DNA of 63,963 nucleotides, filler included, from Collodictyon triciliatum (Eukaryota), in the NCBI GenBank assembly GCA_043381765.1. It is 5 parts of 5 records of this genome, joined end to end, with 100 filler letters (N's around TTAATTAATTAA, not from the genome) between each part and the next. Parts side by side here need not be neighbours in the genome. Positions count along the whole stretch, not along the records: positions 35,806 to 53,523 come from JBHJMP010001429.1; positions 53,624 to 62,561 come from JBHJMP010001504.1; 3 more parts are not named here. One strand, 5' to 3'. Position numbers and translations under genes: made by a program. Below are positions 43,438-56,700 of the stretch, piece after piece; position 1 is the stretch's first letter, and every line of letters starts with the position of its first letter. Under the pieces are notes generated by a model, which was not told the DNA's origin, did no database searches, and saw only the letters and a program-made list of their open reading frames with translations.

Positions 43438-44819
43438 GCACATCGTGGACATCTACTGCACAAAGTCGCATACCAATCAATGCAAGAAGGTCAAAGCTCG
43501 AGAGTTTTCTGGGAAGAAGGACTGCACATGTTGCTCACTCCGAGATGAATCACATCATTTTCACTTTGATGAGTTCTGCCTTCCTTTGAGTCTTGTGGAA
43601 ACAACCGCTTCGAATGCGAGTATATATGTCAAAATTATGGGGGGAAATTCCAAGGAATACACAGTCCAGCTTTCTTTGCGCGACAACACAGATAAGATAG
43701 TAAATGAAGGCCTGAAAAAGCGCGGCTCAGATAAATTTTTTTCCGTAAGTATCCTTTCATCTTTTACATATATATACATATATTAGATCTGAAACACTAA
43801 CATAATACATAAAAAGACATTTGACTAATATCATACCTCTTTTTTATTTGAATGCATAACATATGATTATCACCAAAGACTCTTTGAGATGTTATTTTGT
43901 CTTGTTTCATAATTGTCATGGAACATGACTTTGTATTATGAATTTAATGTATTTATCTTGGGTAAAACATTTCATATAGACCATCGATGCCGAACTCAAG
44001 GATGGGAAATGGATTTTTGAAAATATTGGTATCAAGAAAACTAGCTCGAGTGTTTATGGTTGTCTCATCACCGAATTCGTCAACTTTGCCGGTGGACTCT
44101 TACATCTGGTTATCTCCATCAAGTACCAAGATACTATGTCCGAATACCGTCTTCCAGATTTTTGGTCAGTGTCCAACGTGCCTCACCGCTATCGTGATTT
44201 ACAAACTCTTCATCACATCAAAGAAGCCCTGGCGGAGGTGACTCTTGATAAACCAACCATGTTAGATAAATTGCCCGGTGGCAAACGCCTTCGCCGACAC
44301 AGAAACAAAACCGTCTTCAAGAGGAAAATATTTGTCCTGCACATGACGGGTGAGAAATGCTTATTCCCAATATCTTGTTAACTAATATATGTGATTTATT
44401 GCACGCCTCTTTGGAATCATGCGAAGACTATAGAGCGCATATTTAATGCTGATATGTTTTGTTGTTGCTTGCTTGTTTGCTTATCGTATTTTTCGAAATA
44501 AACATATATATTAATAATCATTGAATTCATTCTAGATTACCTGAAAACTAGAAATCGCGTCTTAAATTTGGCGGCTGATGGCCTTCGAGAAGAATTCCTA
44601 GAAGGCTACCTAAATGACATACTTATGGGAGGCACCCAGTCTCAGCTCAAAGTTTTTCAAACCCTGATTGACTCGTATTTAAAAAGAGTGCTTCGCATCT
44701 CTGATACAATTGCTTCTCCAGATCGAGAGACGGAACACTACTCGAATTCAGAAGAGGATGTGCAGGACCTATTTCCTCAGATTCGTGATTGGTTTAATTT
44801 TACAATCGATAGAAGTTGA
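43438..44819 (+). CDS. Hypothetical protein with PLAT-like strand(s) and a divergent PX-like domain (start not found)
   Basis: Three exons in frame. SNASIYVKIMGGNS..GKWIFENIGI is PLAT-like; VPHRYRDLQTLH..LDKLPGGK..DYLKTR..FLEGYLNDIL is PX-like. Stop at 44819. Confidence 0.55.
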
Positions 44820-45574
44820 TTTCATCGCGATTCCGACAAGGACGCGCCGTTGATACCCAACGTCGCTGTAGCCCTGCCTTTCAGGTTTATCTTCTAATAT
44901 GATGATTTTAAGTTCGTCACAAGAAATGCTCTTATTAGAAAACCCCCTTACTTGTCTGAATTGCTCTCTAAGTCGAAATCATATGGCAATAGGTGGCGAT
45001 CTTAATCTATCGCATCGAAACAAAAACAAGATACGAAAAAAATGCACACTAAAAATGGACAAATATCACCAATGTCGTCCCCGTACACAATCGAAAGCCA
45101 CGCAAAACGCCGTACCTTAAAGAAGCTTCAAAGACACAAAGCATAAAAAAATATCATATAAAAAACCAAACAGAAAATCGGATGTAAAGGTCGAAGTTGA
45201 AAAAAAATTTTCATGGTATTGCCGCCCATTTACAGGATTTTGAGATGGGCTCGAGAAAAAAAAGAATCAATCAAACCTGAAGGATTTTGAACAGCACTTT
45301 CTCTGTGAATGATCTTTATCTTTATCAACTTTCGTTATGCTCTGCTCCACAATTGCTATTTTCTTCTCATTACACACATCTATGCGTCTTACCACCGTCA
45401 AACTACATAATTTAATAAATATATATAACAAAAACACTTGAGCATCACATCTCCAATCGAAAGGTTGCTTTTCGCAAGGAAACATTTTCTGGATCATTTG
45501 TCTCATTTTATTGTTTTTCATCGCCTTGATCAACTGGAGACGTTATCTCTTGCTCATCACACATCGAGCATGGA

Positions 45575-48500
45575 TCAAATCTCTTGTTCATCCTTGTGGA
45601 AGGGAAACATTCGCTGCATCTTTGAAGGGAAACCAAACGCTGATCGGTTCTTTTTTAAAAACGACTGCAACGACGTTGTCTTTGGAAGTAGAAGCCTGGT
45701 GTCAGGAGAAGGATTCTGCCAAAAAAATAAAAATAAAAGACATCATGCCTCAACTCACACTATTTGCTGGTGTGATTTATATCGATATTTTTGTTAAAGT
45801 CTTCTAGCATTAATCTTTATCTTTATCTTTATGTGTTGATATTTTGATAAAAAAAAATTTAAATTATACTTCAATTTAGATAGAAATATATTCTGAGTTG
45901 GTGGAAGTATCGAAGGATACAAACCTCGTATTTTCTGTCACGTATAAGAGAAAGCTCTTCAAGGAAGCCGCTCACCCACCATCCTGGATATCCCCTCTGA
46001 ACAAGAGCCTGTCTGCATAAATCTAGATAAATTGTCTTGTCAGGAACTTTGGCCGGGATCGGCCTTCCAAAAATGAAATAAATGGGGTTCGATATGTCAA
46101 TACATCAGTCTAAAAAAATATTAGTATATTTGAAAATGGATGGTGTATTCGTTTTTTTGTTTGTTTGTTCGCTTGTTGTTATTGCTCTTCATCGCATATA
46201 ATTTTTTAATTGTATTTTTCATAAAAATAAGCGGCAGTACCTGGTGTAGTGTTTCTATACGTTATTTGGTAATTGAATGCTTTTGTCATTGCAGCAGCTA
46301 TTTCATACCCACCTATTCGGTTTGTTTTACAAAGAATAAGAAAAATAATAATATATTACCTTTTGTAAGTATTTGTAAATATTCTAATCTTTTGGAACAC
46401 AGGGCAGAAATTATATAAAAAAAATAGCGTAAGGTAATGTGTTCCATAATTTTCCCTTTTTTTTTTTTTCAAAAACAAATAATGCTATGTATAAATTTAA
46501 ATGAAGCATCACACCGTATGCATCCGTTCCCGTGAATGTATATGATGTATTTTCATGTCCAGGAGATGTCGATATCAAGGCGATTATTTTACCGAGGTCT
46601 GTAAAAAATGAGAAACTTTGAGTCAGCGCCAGTGCATCTCTGATTTCATGCAACGATTTTGAAACATGAGATTGTGTTATGGCTAAGATATCTTGTGCGC
46701 CAGCATACTATCATTTTTCGGAAGATATTATATCGCAGAGAAAGGCATGATATGTTGGACCAATGATGGTAATTATAATTATAATAATAAAAAAAATATG
46801 TAGACAATACCAGCTCCGTCTATCGGACAGAATCTGGACATTCCGATCGGGAAAAAGAAAGACCGGTCGCTTTTAACCTGGGAAATGCGACCATAATATT
46901 GATGAATTCGTAGGATACAATTATTTTTTTTGGTTCAATCTCAAAACTACAAAAAAATTTTCAGAAAAAAAACCACAGAGAAAACACATCCCTTATGAAT
47001 AGCTATTTTTCGGTCGTAGACCCCAAATCAGAATAGGGTATAGTAGATCTAGTTGAATATAAAAAAATACTTGTTTCGATAGGATAACAAAGTTTTGAAA
47101 TAAGAATCCACATCTTATATGGGTCCAACACAACCCACTAGCTTCCACGAGACTTTCTATTTTTCTGTACTTGCTATGGGATAAAAATGTGCATGTGTGT
47201 GTTTTAATATAGATTGATGAAATTGACGCAAAAGTCCTAGCGCAAAGGTTGGGTGTTCCATAACTTTACTGGTCAGACGGAAAGAAAAAAACCTTGACAT
47301 CATTGAGCGCTCAAACTCTGACCCTTGAATAGAAACCAAAATAATTTTTTTAACCCCTACACACTTGCAGGCTTCCATCAGGCGCTGCATCTAATTTTTC
47401 AAAATAATAATTGGTGTAGTGTGTTAAAAATTTAAGTGATGTCAATTATAGGCTGATATAATCATTTTAAACAAAAGGGAGTCCATATGGAGACAAAAAT
47501 TGCCCTCAATATCTCATATGCACAAACCTGCTCTACACAATCGTTTTCTTGGGGTGGGATTAAAATTAAAGTGAAAACTCCGCGGAGTGTATCTGAAAGT
47601 TGGGCGCATGTGAATTCTTTGGATAGGAGGTCGATGTCATATTTTCCTATATTTTTGTTTACTATTACAATAAAATTATTCGTCTAAAAATTTATGATAG
47701 GTGAGGTCTCAAAAGACTTTCAATGACTCTAGTTACCTTTCTCCTTTTTCCCATTGATGTCCCCGGTCTGTACAGAGCGTATATTAACCTTGTAGTAAAA
47801 AAAAATAAAGGTGTTCATCTGTGGCAAATAGTGATAATTCATTTGAAGCACAGTCATTTTATGTTTATCAGCATGCAACCAAAGAGCACAATTTTCGCAT
47901 ACCTCGACACATCTCATTAAATCCACCCACTCTGTTTCTTCCTCGTCTTCACTTTCTTCGCTCGTGCCTGTACTATTTGTTGAACATGAACTGCTTGATT
48001 CTGGTGTGCCATCCTTTTCGCTAGAAAGAGAACCCATTATCTTTATCAAAAAGAACATTTATTTCATACGCTGCCAAAATGGTAATCAGTCACTAAATTA
48101 TTGGCTAAAGTAGTATTTAGATAATGATTTTTGAAATAGAAACAGACTTGCTTCTACTAAACAGATATTTGATGCTTCTGGTGGGAGTGTTTGGTGTTCC
48201 AGGGCCTTTTCCATCACCGACAGTTATGTCCTTGTGCTTTGTTTTAAAGGCTTTGCTCATACTGAATTTACTAAAAAAAAAAAAAAATGATTTAAGTTAA
48301 TATTTTTTCCCATGGAAGATTTGAATTTCATAGTTATAATGTAAGCTTTGATGGCGATGTTTTATGAAAGGAAAAATACTGTAAATATTTTTTTACATAT
48401 AGCTGACGAAAGAAAAAAAGAGATTCTTAATGGCATTAGAAAAGCCACACAAATGCCCTTTTTTATAATAAAATGCATGCGTAATAATCAGCAGAACCTT

Positions 48501-51013
48501 TGTTTCTTGGATGCTTCCTGCAACTCAGAATTTAACTGCACCAGAGCTTTCAACACAAACTTTCCAATCATCGACGTACTATTCCAAATGGCTACTGTAT
48601 CACCTTTAGAAATCCGCGTCAGTCCTGATGGCATAGAATTTATTGCAATAAGTATCCCAGAATCAAGTCATTTAGTATTGAAAATGGTGCGAAATAGAGA
48701 GTTGCTGTTTGGTTCCTAATTATTTTCATATACATATGTAGGTTCTACTACAGCGATGTACATATGGGTTTTGTGAGACGGAAAGAATAAATGTGATGCT
48801 GGGCTATCAATGTATACACCTTTATGGTGTGGTGGCTCGTAGTTATATAACGACTAAGATGATAAATCAGATGATTTAGAGAACTGCTTTAAATTAACAG
48901 AAAATAAAGCACAAATAGCAATGTCCCCTGGGCCAGTATATTCGTAAAAATACACCTAGCTTAGATTCATATATGCTAGAGTAATCAAATGACTGCTTGG
49001 AACGGTTATGTCCTCCTTTTTTTTATCAAAGATGTTTGCTGTGAGTATGATTTACATATATATTTTACCTCTCTCCCGGTTGTCTGATATTCGAATTTGG
49101 CTCCGTGGACATCGTTCAATCCTTCTGCGTGGGATGGTATTTCGATATGCAACTGCTTTCTCGTTATTGATGGGCCTTTTACTTCTCCGATAGCCTAAGT
49201 GTCCCACAAAAGCTTATGGTGATTCGCATACTGACATTAAAAAAAAAAGCAACATAAAACAAGATTTGTTCTCGAAAATAAAAAAAATCCTTTAAAAAAA
49301 TACCCCAATTGTCGGCGGGCTCTCAATATTGTGTCCAACCAGAGCTGTGGTATCAAACTGACTTTGAAGTTCGTGTGACCTAAAAGGCAAGGTACGACTC
49401 GTAACATAGAATTCAACCAATAAGCTCATCGAAGACTCAAGAGGCTTGCGATGGGGAAAAAACAGTGATTGGGCAAGGACATAAGGTTGGGCCTTTATGG
49501 AAGCTACGAACAAGTTGTATATGCGAAAAGAAAAACTCCAATAAAGTTCAGAGAAAGGCGAAACAGTAAAAGAAAAGACATAGTGCCTCAGACTAGCACC
49601 AAAATCGAATCAATACCTCAGAAGTTCAAGAAATGAAAAAAGAAGAAGAAAAAAGGATTCGTTTTCATTTGCAGGTGAAGGGATGTGACATTTGAAGTGA
49701 CATGTGATAGTGTAAAGGGCTTTGCTGAAATGAGACAAAAGAAGATTGGGTTTGGAATCTAGCCTCCCTTACCTGGAATCAATCCTTCTTTCTGGGTGGT
49801 GGCTGTTGTGTCCAAGGATTACGCTTGTTTCGGTGGGCTCCTTTGCATCTTCATGAGGGGAAAGAGATTGGCTAAAAGGCTCGGGATTCGCCAAGACGGG
49901 CTGATGTGCTACTGCCGGAGGCGAGGGTGTTGGTGAACATGAGACAGGCGTTAGGTTGAATTGTATATGTTTGGGGGTCGTTGATGCAGATGGAGTTTCA
50001 TCGTGCGTGTCTGTCTTGCTAGTGCCTACGGGTGGTGGTGTGCTTATGTTCTGTGATTGAATGTCAACGGGGTTAGCAATCTTTTTTCTGCTCGTTCTGC
50101 GCTGCCTTTCTTTCTTCTTTTTTTCAGAAACAACGATAGTACATTTCGTGTTATGCAAAACTCACTTGGTGCAAGTAGTCTTGGGAGGGGTTGGAAAGCT
50201 CTGTTGGGACTGGATGCTGACTTTCCTACTCGTATTGGGTTATTGAAGAACATTTCAGTTCATCGCGTTCATACAATCAAACACTTAGGGTAATTTTTTT
50301 TAAAAAAAAATGTTAATCAATCATTTGTATGTTCACTAGGCAAGGCATGTACCTTCTCTGACGAAGCCAGTATGTTGCTCTTCGGTATCACAAAGGATGA
50401 TATCTCTTGACCGTATGTCGCACCCGGGGAATTCGCTGTTTTATTTATTTTATGTTTGTATGTTTCTTTTCTAGAGTAAAAATGAAATCAAGGTATCAAT
50501 TTCGAAAAGAAAAAACAGCGAAAAGAACATGTTACAATATGGTCCCTAAATATGATAATGATAGAACATTCAAGTTTTCTACAGACAGAATGGATGGCGA
50601 ATTCCCTACTATAACATACTTTTCTCTGAATCATATTCCATGGAAGTCGGGCTCAAGGGCTCGTAAATAGGCCTCTTTATGGACGGTGTTGCAGGCCGAG
50701 CGGATTGCTTCGTAGGGACCAAATGTCTTGGAGAATATGGGTAGTAGAACTGTGGAGCTTGATGGTTTGTCATGAGTGGACTAACAAATGTTTGAGACAA
50801 GCTCGGCGCAGTGACGTGCATCATATTGCCTTCTCTAGACTGAGCAACTACATATCTAGGGGCATAGTGGGCTGGGCTTCCTGGGAGATATGTGGGGTAT
50901 TGCTGCACGTAATGGATTTGATGTTGCAGAGGATATGGAATTGCTTGTGATGCAGGAGTTATTGTTGGTTGTGCATAATGCAGAACGAATGGGCGGCTTC
51001 TTCCTGATTGCAT
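45575..51013 (-). CDS. Long disordered N-terminus fused to a divergent NmrA-like (atypical SDR) domain, ~18 exons
   Basis: Spliced C-terminus reads DTVAIWNSTSMIGKFVLKAL..LSDTLRGVFTLILIPP..RLMEACKCVGVKKIILVS..IESLVEASGLCWTHIRCGFLFQN..PIDGADLGKIIA..PGHENTSYTFTG..YEIAAAMTKAF..SLQSFLKKNRSAF, which follows the order of NmrA/SDR_a motifs. Start codon inferred. Confidence 0.75.
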
Positions 51014-52359
51014 GGTATTTCCTCCTTGTACTTGACTGTTTTTATGTGTCTCTTTTCGGAGCGGTTTCACTTATTCTGTTTTGTTTTCCTCGGTCTTTGT
51101 TATCGAGCTATTAGCAAATGTGATTAATTCGTTAGATTTTGATATTTATTACTAAACCAATGGAATTATGATGCAATTATCGTTTTTGACTGAAATATTT
51201 CGACTGATTTCTTTTTCATTCGATAGTAGGTGGCGATGATTTTCAGTCTATATTGTGAACCTATTTGTGGTGTTAGTTTATATATCCTCGCAAAACCGCT
51301 TTTTATGTGTATAAGCCACATCGTTCAAACCAGATTTATGCTTACGAAGTCTTTTCGTGCAATATTTGTACGTCCTTGTGATGAATCAACACTGTGCATT
51401 GGTAAATACAACGACATGTGACCAGCTCGATCGTAGAGTGGCGTGTGCTTAAGCTAAAGTGCGCGAAAACGATGACGAACATAGAATACAATAAAAAGAC
51501 ATCTTTTTTATGCATTATTGAAACAAGACCCATCATCAGATATGGGCGGTATGTAGGCTTCTCATTTCATACAGCGCTTCTAAGGGCGAGATGTTGGGTG
51601 GGAAAATAAGCATTCCAGTTTCTCAGTTCAAATCGAAACAAACGCTCAAGACAATAGTGTAAAACTTTAATCGTCGTTTTATTTTTCTCCGTGTTTCTGG
51701 TGATTGCGGTGTGTTTTATCTCTTATATCCATTACAGACTACTGGTTCACTCAGTTTAAAGAGATATAATAACATTGGCTCAGCTGGACCACGGTCAAGC
51801 GTTTTATTATCGTAGCTTGCACATTCTTCTCTGTCCATGGGAAACGACCCTGCAACTTCTTTTTTTTCGTTTTCATTATAAAATCAAAATACTAGGTGAA
51901 GTCATATCTTTCGATTTGCTGTTCCGCATAAAGTTCTCTCTTGGGAGATGCGCATAAACATCATTCGGTCTCCACATATCAATAACGAGAGATGATGGAG
52001 GATAATGCAAGGCGTGTTTATGGATGGTTTCAATAATCGCGTGAGGAGCTGGTCTCGGGTTTCATCTCTAGGTTATTCCAACTGGAAGCACTTTTCCGTC
52101 TCTTCTGCTTGGCGTCAAGCATCTGTGACATCAAAGACCACCTGAGCTCCATAGCAACCTTCGTTAGTTGAAGCGATGGGTGCGATTGGACACGAAGCTG
52201 ATGGACAGACTCCGTTGCCGAAACAGCGAGCTCTCCTATGTTGCAACCACAGAAACGGCACATAGTTGTTTCGCTTGGAAATATGATGCTATTTGTTTGA
52301 AGGGAAAAAAAGTGGCAAAGGGGTTTAAAAAAAAACCTCTTTTGTTGGTGGTAGTGAAC

Positions 52360-52501
52360 CTTTTTGTCTTTTTGTCTTTTTGTCTTTTTGTCTTTTTGTC
52401 TTTTTGTCTTTTTGTCTTTTTGTCTTTTTGTCTTTTTGTCTTTTTGTCTTTTTGTCTTTTTGTCTTTTTGTCTTTTTGTCTTTTTGTCTTTTTGTCTTTT
52501 T
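52360..52501. repeat. (TTTTTGTC)n microsatellite
   Basis: Direct reading. Confidence 0.96.
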
Positions 52502-52804
52502 GACTTCAATACTTTTATCCTTGGATAGAGCGACACAGCAGGCACGGCAAACTTTGGACAGAAAAAAAAAAGCATCAAACAAGAGCAAAAACAAAAAGGA
52601 AGTTAATGACGCGTTTTGCGCCTGCGTTGACCGTCCTTGTTCTTTGTGCCGCGCTTTTCGACCTGGTTCCGATTCCTGCTATAGCTTTCTTTGCCCTGGT
52701 GACTCCGATCATCTTTCGAGTGGTAGGTCTCTGCTTTCCTCGGTCCGCACTTTTGGATCGGCTTCTTCCTCAGAGGAACTGAAAGCACCGCTTAAGTCCC
52801 TGAA

Positions 52805-53312
52805 ATGACTCTATTGTGCTATTCATTTTATCTATTTATCTTTTTTATACCTTCATCCTTCAATCCGTATTCTTATCATGTCTTTTTCTTTTATTTTTCT
52901 TTCCCTTTTTTCTTGATTTGATTCATTATTTGTTTCAATCAGTTTGATAGGTCATATCTCGGCCCTCTAGACGCTATCATCCACCACGGTGATGAGTTTC
53001 ATAGATGTATCGTGCATGCCGTTCTAACTTTTGAAAAACCAATTGAATATGATGTTGTAAAAAGTGCTCTTGAAAACAATCTCATTATCCATGAGCGGTT
53101 TCGTCAGGTAGCATATTTCATTATTTTTGTTTTCCGCACTATGGTTCAATATTATTACTTAGCTTTTATTGTATAATCTAATTTCATTCAAACTTTTTTA
53201 TTTCAGATTGTTGTTTCATCGTCATTTTGGTGGCCATACTATCAATTGGATGAGGATTTTGATATTGAAAATCACATAGTTGAAGTCCAACTAGCAGATT
53301 CTGGTTCACACA
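52805..53312 (+). CDS. 5' part of wax-ester synthase/diacylglycerol acyltransferase (WS/DGAT), truncated by contig end
   Basis: LGPLDAII..IVHAVLTFE..HERFRQ|IVV..WWPYYQLDEDFDIENHIVEVQL matches the WS/DGAT N-terminal pattern LxxLD..PRFRQ..PxWxxDxxFDxxxHV. The HHxxxDG motif would lie beyond the contig end. Confidence 0.8.
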
Positions 53313-53409
53313 GTGACTTACAAGAGTGTGTTATTACACATCGAACATTGCTATAGTTTACATCCGAGATTTCGATTTATTTGCTTTGCCTTTTATTTGG
53401 TCTTTGATT

Positions 53410-53523
53410 TTGTCTTTGTCTTTTGTCTTTTGTCTTTTGTCTTTTGTCTTTTGTCTTTTGTCTTTTGTCTTTTGTCTTTTGTCTTTTGTCTTTTGTCTTT
53501 TGTCTTTTGTCTTTTGTCTTTTG
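53410..53523. repeat. (TTTTGTC)n microsatellite at contig end
   Basis: Direct reading. Confidence 0.96.
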
Positions 53524-53623
53524 NNNNNNNNNNNNNNNNNNNNNNNNNNNNNNNNNNNNNNNNNNNNTTAATTAATTAANNNNNNNNNNNNNNNNNNNNN
53601 NNNNNNNNNNNNNNNNNNNNNNN
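53524..53623. other. Artificial contig-joining spacer
   Basis: N44-TTAATTAATTAA-N44. Confidence 0.98.
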
Positions 53624-53728
53624 ATGTATGTATGTATGTATGTATGTATGTATGTATGTATGTATGTATGTATGTATGTATGTATGTATGTATGTATGTA
53701 TGTATGTATGTATGTATGTATGTATGTA
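53624..53728. repeat. (ATGT)n microsatellite at contig start
   Basis: Direct reading. Confidence 0.97.
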
Positions 53729-53783
53729 TTTATATATTTATGTATTTATATATTTATGTGATAAGCTGAGTGTGAGCGCCCCC

Positions 53784-56700
53784 ATGTTTGGATCTACCCG
53801 GCCCCAAATCAGGCCTCAGGTGAAGCACTTTACTGCGACAGCACAACCCAAAATCCTGTTGTTAGCCTCAGAGAAGGACACTCGCTCTGTTGTCCCTCTA
53901 ATCAATCGTGATGATGTCGACTACCAGTGTATTTTTCTTACTATTATGATTTGCCATATGTCGTAGTTTATTTTCATGTGTAAATATTTCCACGACATTG
54001 TATTTTTGTTTGGTTATGTGTTCTCTTATTCAAAGACGTGGGTAGTTCAACCCAAAAAAAGGATATTTGGCCCTCTACTCTGAATAATTTTCCTTGAATT
54101 AACATGCTTTTCTGTACGATATCATAGTGGTATATACACAAAGTATCTCGGACGCCTCCAACAAATTCTTTGGTGATAGTTCTATTAGGATGATTTTATG
54201 TTGGGAAAGTCTCCCAGAGATTGATTCTATTAGTTTTGTACAAGAAATAAGCGAATCGATACCAATATCAAACATGGATGTCTTTGGTAATTTGTCTTCG
54301 GATATAAAAATGTTTTTTTAATTTAATGAGATAATAAATTCAGTTACAATCGTTGATTACATCACAGCTAATATCCAATTATTTTATGTTAACACAGTAA
54401 TTTTACCTGCTTCGAAAAAGTCTGCTCAAATAGACTTTGCTAAGCGAGATGAGCTGATTTCATTAGGATGTACCGATGTTATTATCGCGCCTTTTCATCC
54501 TAATCTATTAAAGAATCATATTGAACGAACTCTTTCCCTTCGAAAATCTGCAAATCAGCTTTATTCTCTGTCAGAGGAACCCCCGACCGATGATGTATAT
54601 CATATATTCTTTGTTTTGTTTTTGTTTGTGTTTTTGTTTGTGTTTTTGTTTGTGTTTTTGTTTGTGTTTTTGTTTGTGTTTTTGTTTGTGTTTTTGTTTG
54701 TGTTTTTGTTTGTGTTTTTGTTTATGTTTTATTTTGAAAGCAAGCAAATTAGGTTCTAATTTTCTCGAAATATGTCTGACAAAACTTTTAGAACCAGCAT
54801 TTACTAGAGCTGGCTTCTGCCAATCAAGCAACTATAGAAGATTTGAGACAAAAAGTGAAAACACTTTGCTTTCGTATTGTTTTACTCGATAAAGAAAAGC
54901 AATTAAAGGTACTCTCGAATATTATAGCGCTGCATAGTCGTTTAAAATTATCAAAATCAAATTCGACTAAAATTATATTCTAATTATAAATTAGGATGAT
55001 AAAAAGAATCATCTGTCGGCAAAACTGCAAGAGAAGGAGCAAGAATTGGAAAACTTAAGAAAGGCTGTAAATGCTGAAATGGACGGTGATGTTGAATCCA
55101 TAAAAAAGAAAATTGAACATGTAAGTAAGAAAAGAAAATTTATTAATATTTATCAGAAACTCTAACGTACCTTGGATAACGCACAATATCGAACCACGTA
55201 ACGCTTTCTAGCAAATTTGATAAAATTGTATATATACGGGAAATATCTTAGGTCTTTGAAACCCCAGTTCAGGGTCTACTCAAGTTGCTTGAGAAAATTA
55301 GTTCTGGCGATTACAGTCCCGAAGTTCTGCAGAGCGAGCTTATATCCTCTATTCGAGCGCTGGGTTCCTCAGATTTGTATGCCCCACGTTTCGAACAGCT
55401 GTTGGTTGATTCCCATTTGGACATCATGACCAAGAGCTGGATTCAGAAGGTTAACATATATCTATTTAAGTTGAATGTATTTGTAAGCTTTATATATTCC
55501 TATATATTTTTCAACTTGTCGTTTATCTAATCAACAGGAGTTCAATACCGCTGATAACAGAGATGACCGAAGCGAAGACAATCCGATCAATCAGAAGGAC
55601 GCTTCTCGGTCACTCACAAACGAAGAGGACCAGGATATCGCTAGTGATAGTGGTTTAGAGGTGGGAGAGGACGAGGATTTTCAATCAGAAGATGGGATAT
55701 TGTTAGAGAGTGTTAAGAGTCACGAGGGCACTTCCACGAAGAGAAGCTCGCATGAGAATACAGGCCACAGTTCCTTAAAGAATGAGCACACAAAATCTGA
55801 GCAAAGTCAACACTCCCCTTCAAAATCGTTTCCTGACCCACCAAAAATGGCATCTAACTTGCTGACTTTTGCGACTCCGGGTCAATTTGATTTGGGAATA
55901 AGGAGAGATTCCATGGATGTCCTCCTATTCGATGAAAATCAACTTATTGACTTGTCCTTTCAAATATTTGACGAGTTAACTTTATTCGAAAAGGTTATTC
56001 CCAGCCTCTTTTATTTAAAAATGAAGAGAGAGAGAGAAAAAAGAAGACAAACTAATATAAAAGTTGCCCCTTTTTTTACGAAAGAAAAAAACACTAGCAT
56101 TTTGTTTCATATTGCTAACGTCTTATGCTCTAATTTTAGTTTCAAATATCCAAAGACGTTTTCTTAAGGTTCATGCAAGAGATCCAAAAAAGTTACCACA
56201 CCAATCCGTATCACAATTTCCAGTAATCAGCACTCTCATGTCCCCATTCATTATATCCCTTTATTCTATTTTCTCTTATTAATGACTCCAGTTATTGATC
56301 TGTTAAGCAACCATAATTTTAACTGTCTCATATTCACAGCCATGCCATCGATGTATTACACTCCTGCTACCTGATACTCTCGTCTACAAATATAACTGAA
56401 TATCTGACGTGGGTCGATGTTTTCGCTTTATTATTCGGTATTTTTCCTTTCCCATCCACTTAGCACTTCTCTCCTTTCATTCATTATTTTTATTGTTATT
56501 ATTCAACTTTCTCTTATTTTCTTATGTCACCGATGAAAGAGAGTCAAATAATTCATAAAAGTAAGTGCGCTTGTTATGAAGTGTTTACAAACTGTATTCA
56601 ATTGTAGCCGCGCTCTGCCACGATATTGACCATCCGGGTGTCAATAACAATTTTTTGATTGTGAGCCAGGTAAACAACCATCTCTATCAGAGGCAATCTA

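Noticed and set aside
52030-52790. Minus-strand ORFs spanning the (TTTTTGTC)n array
   Set aside because: They are open mainly because of the repeat, and no consistent spliced product or motif was found.
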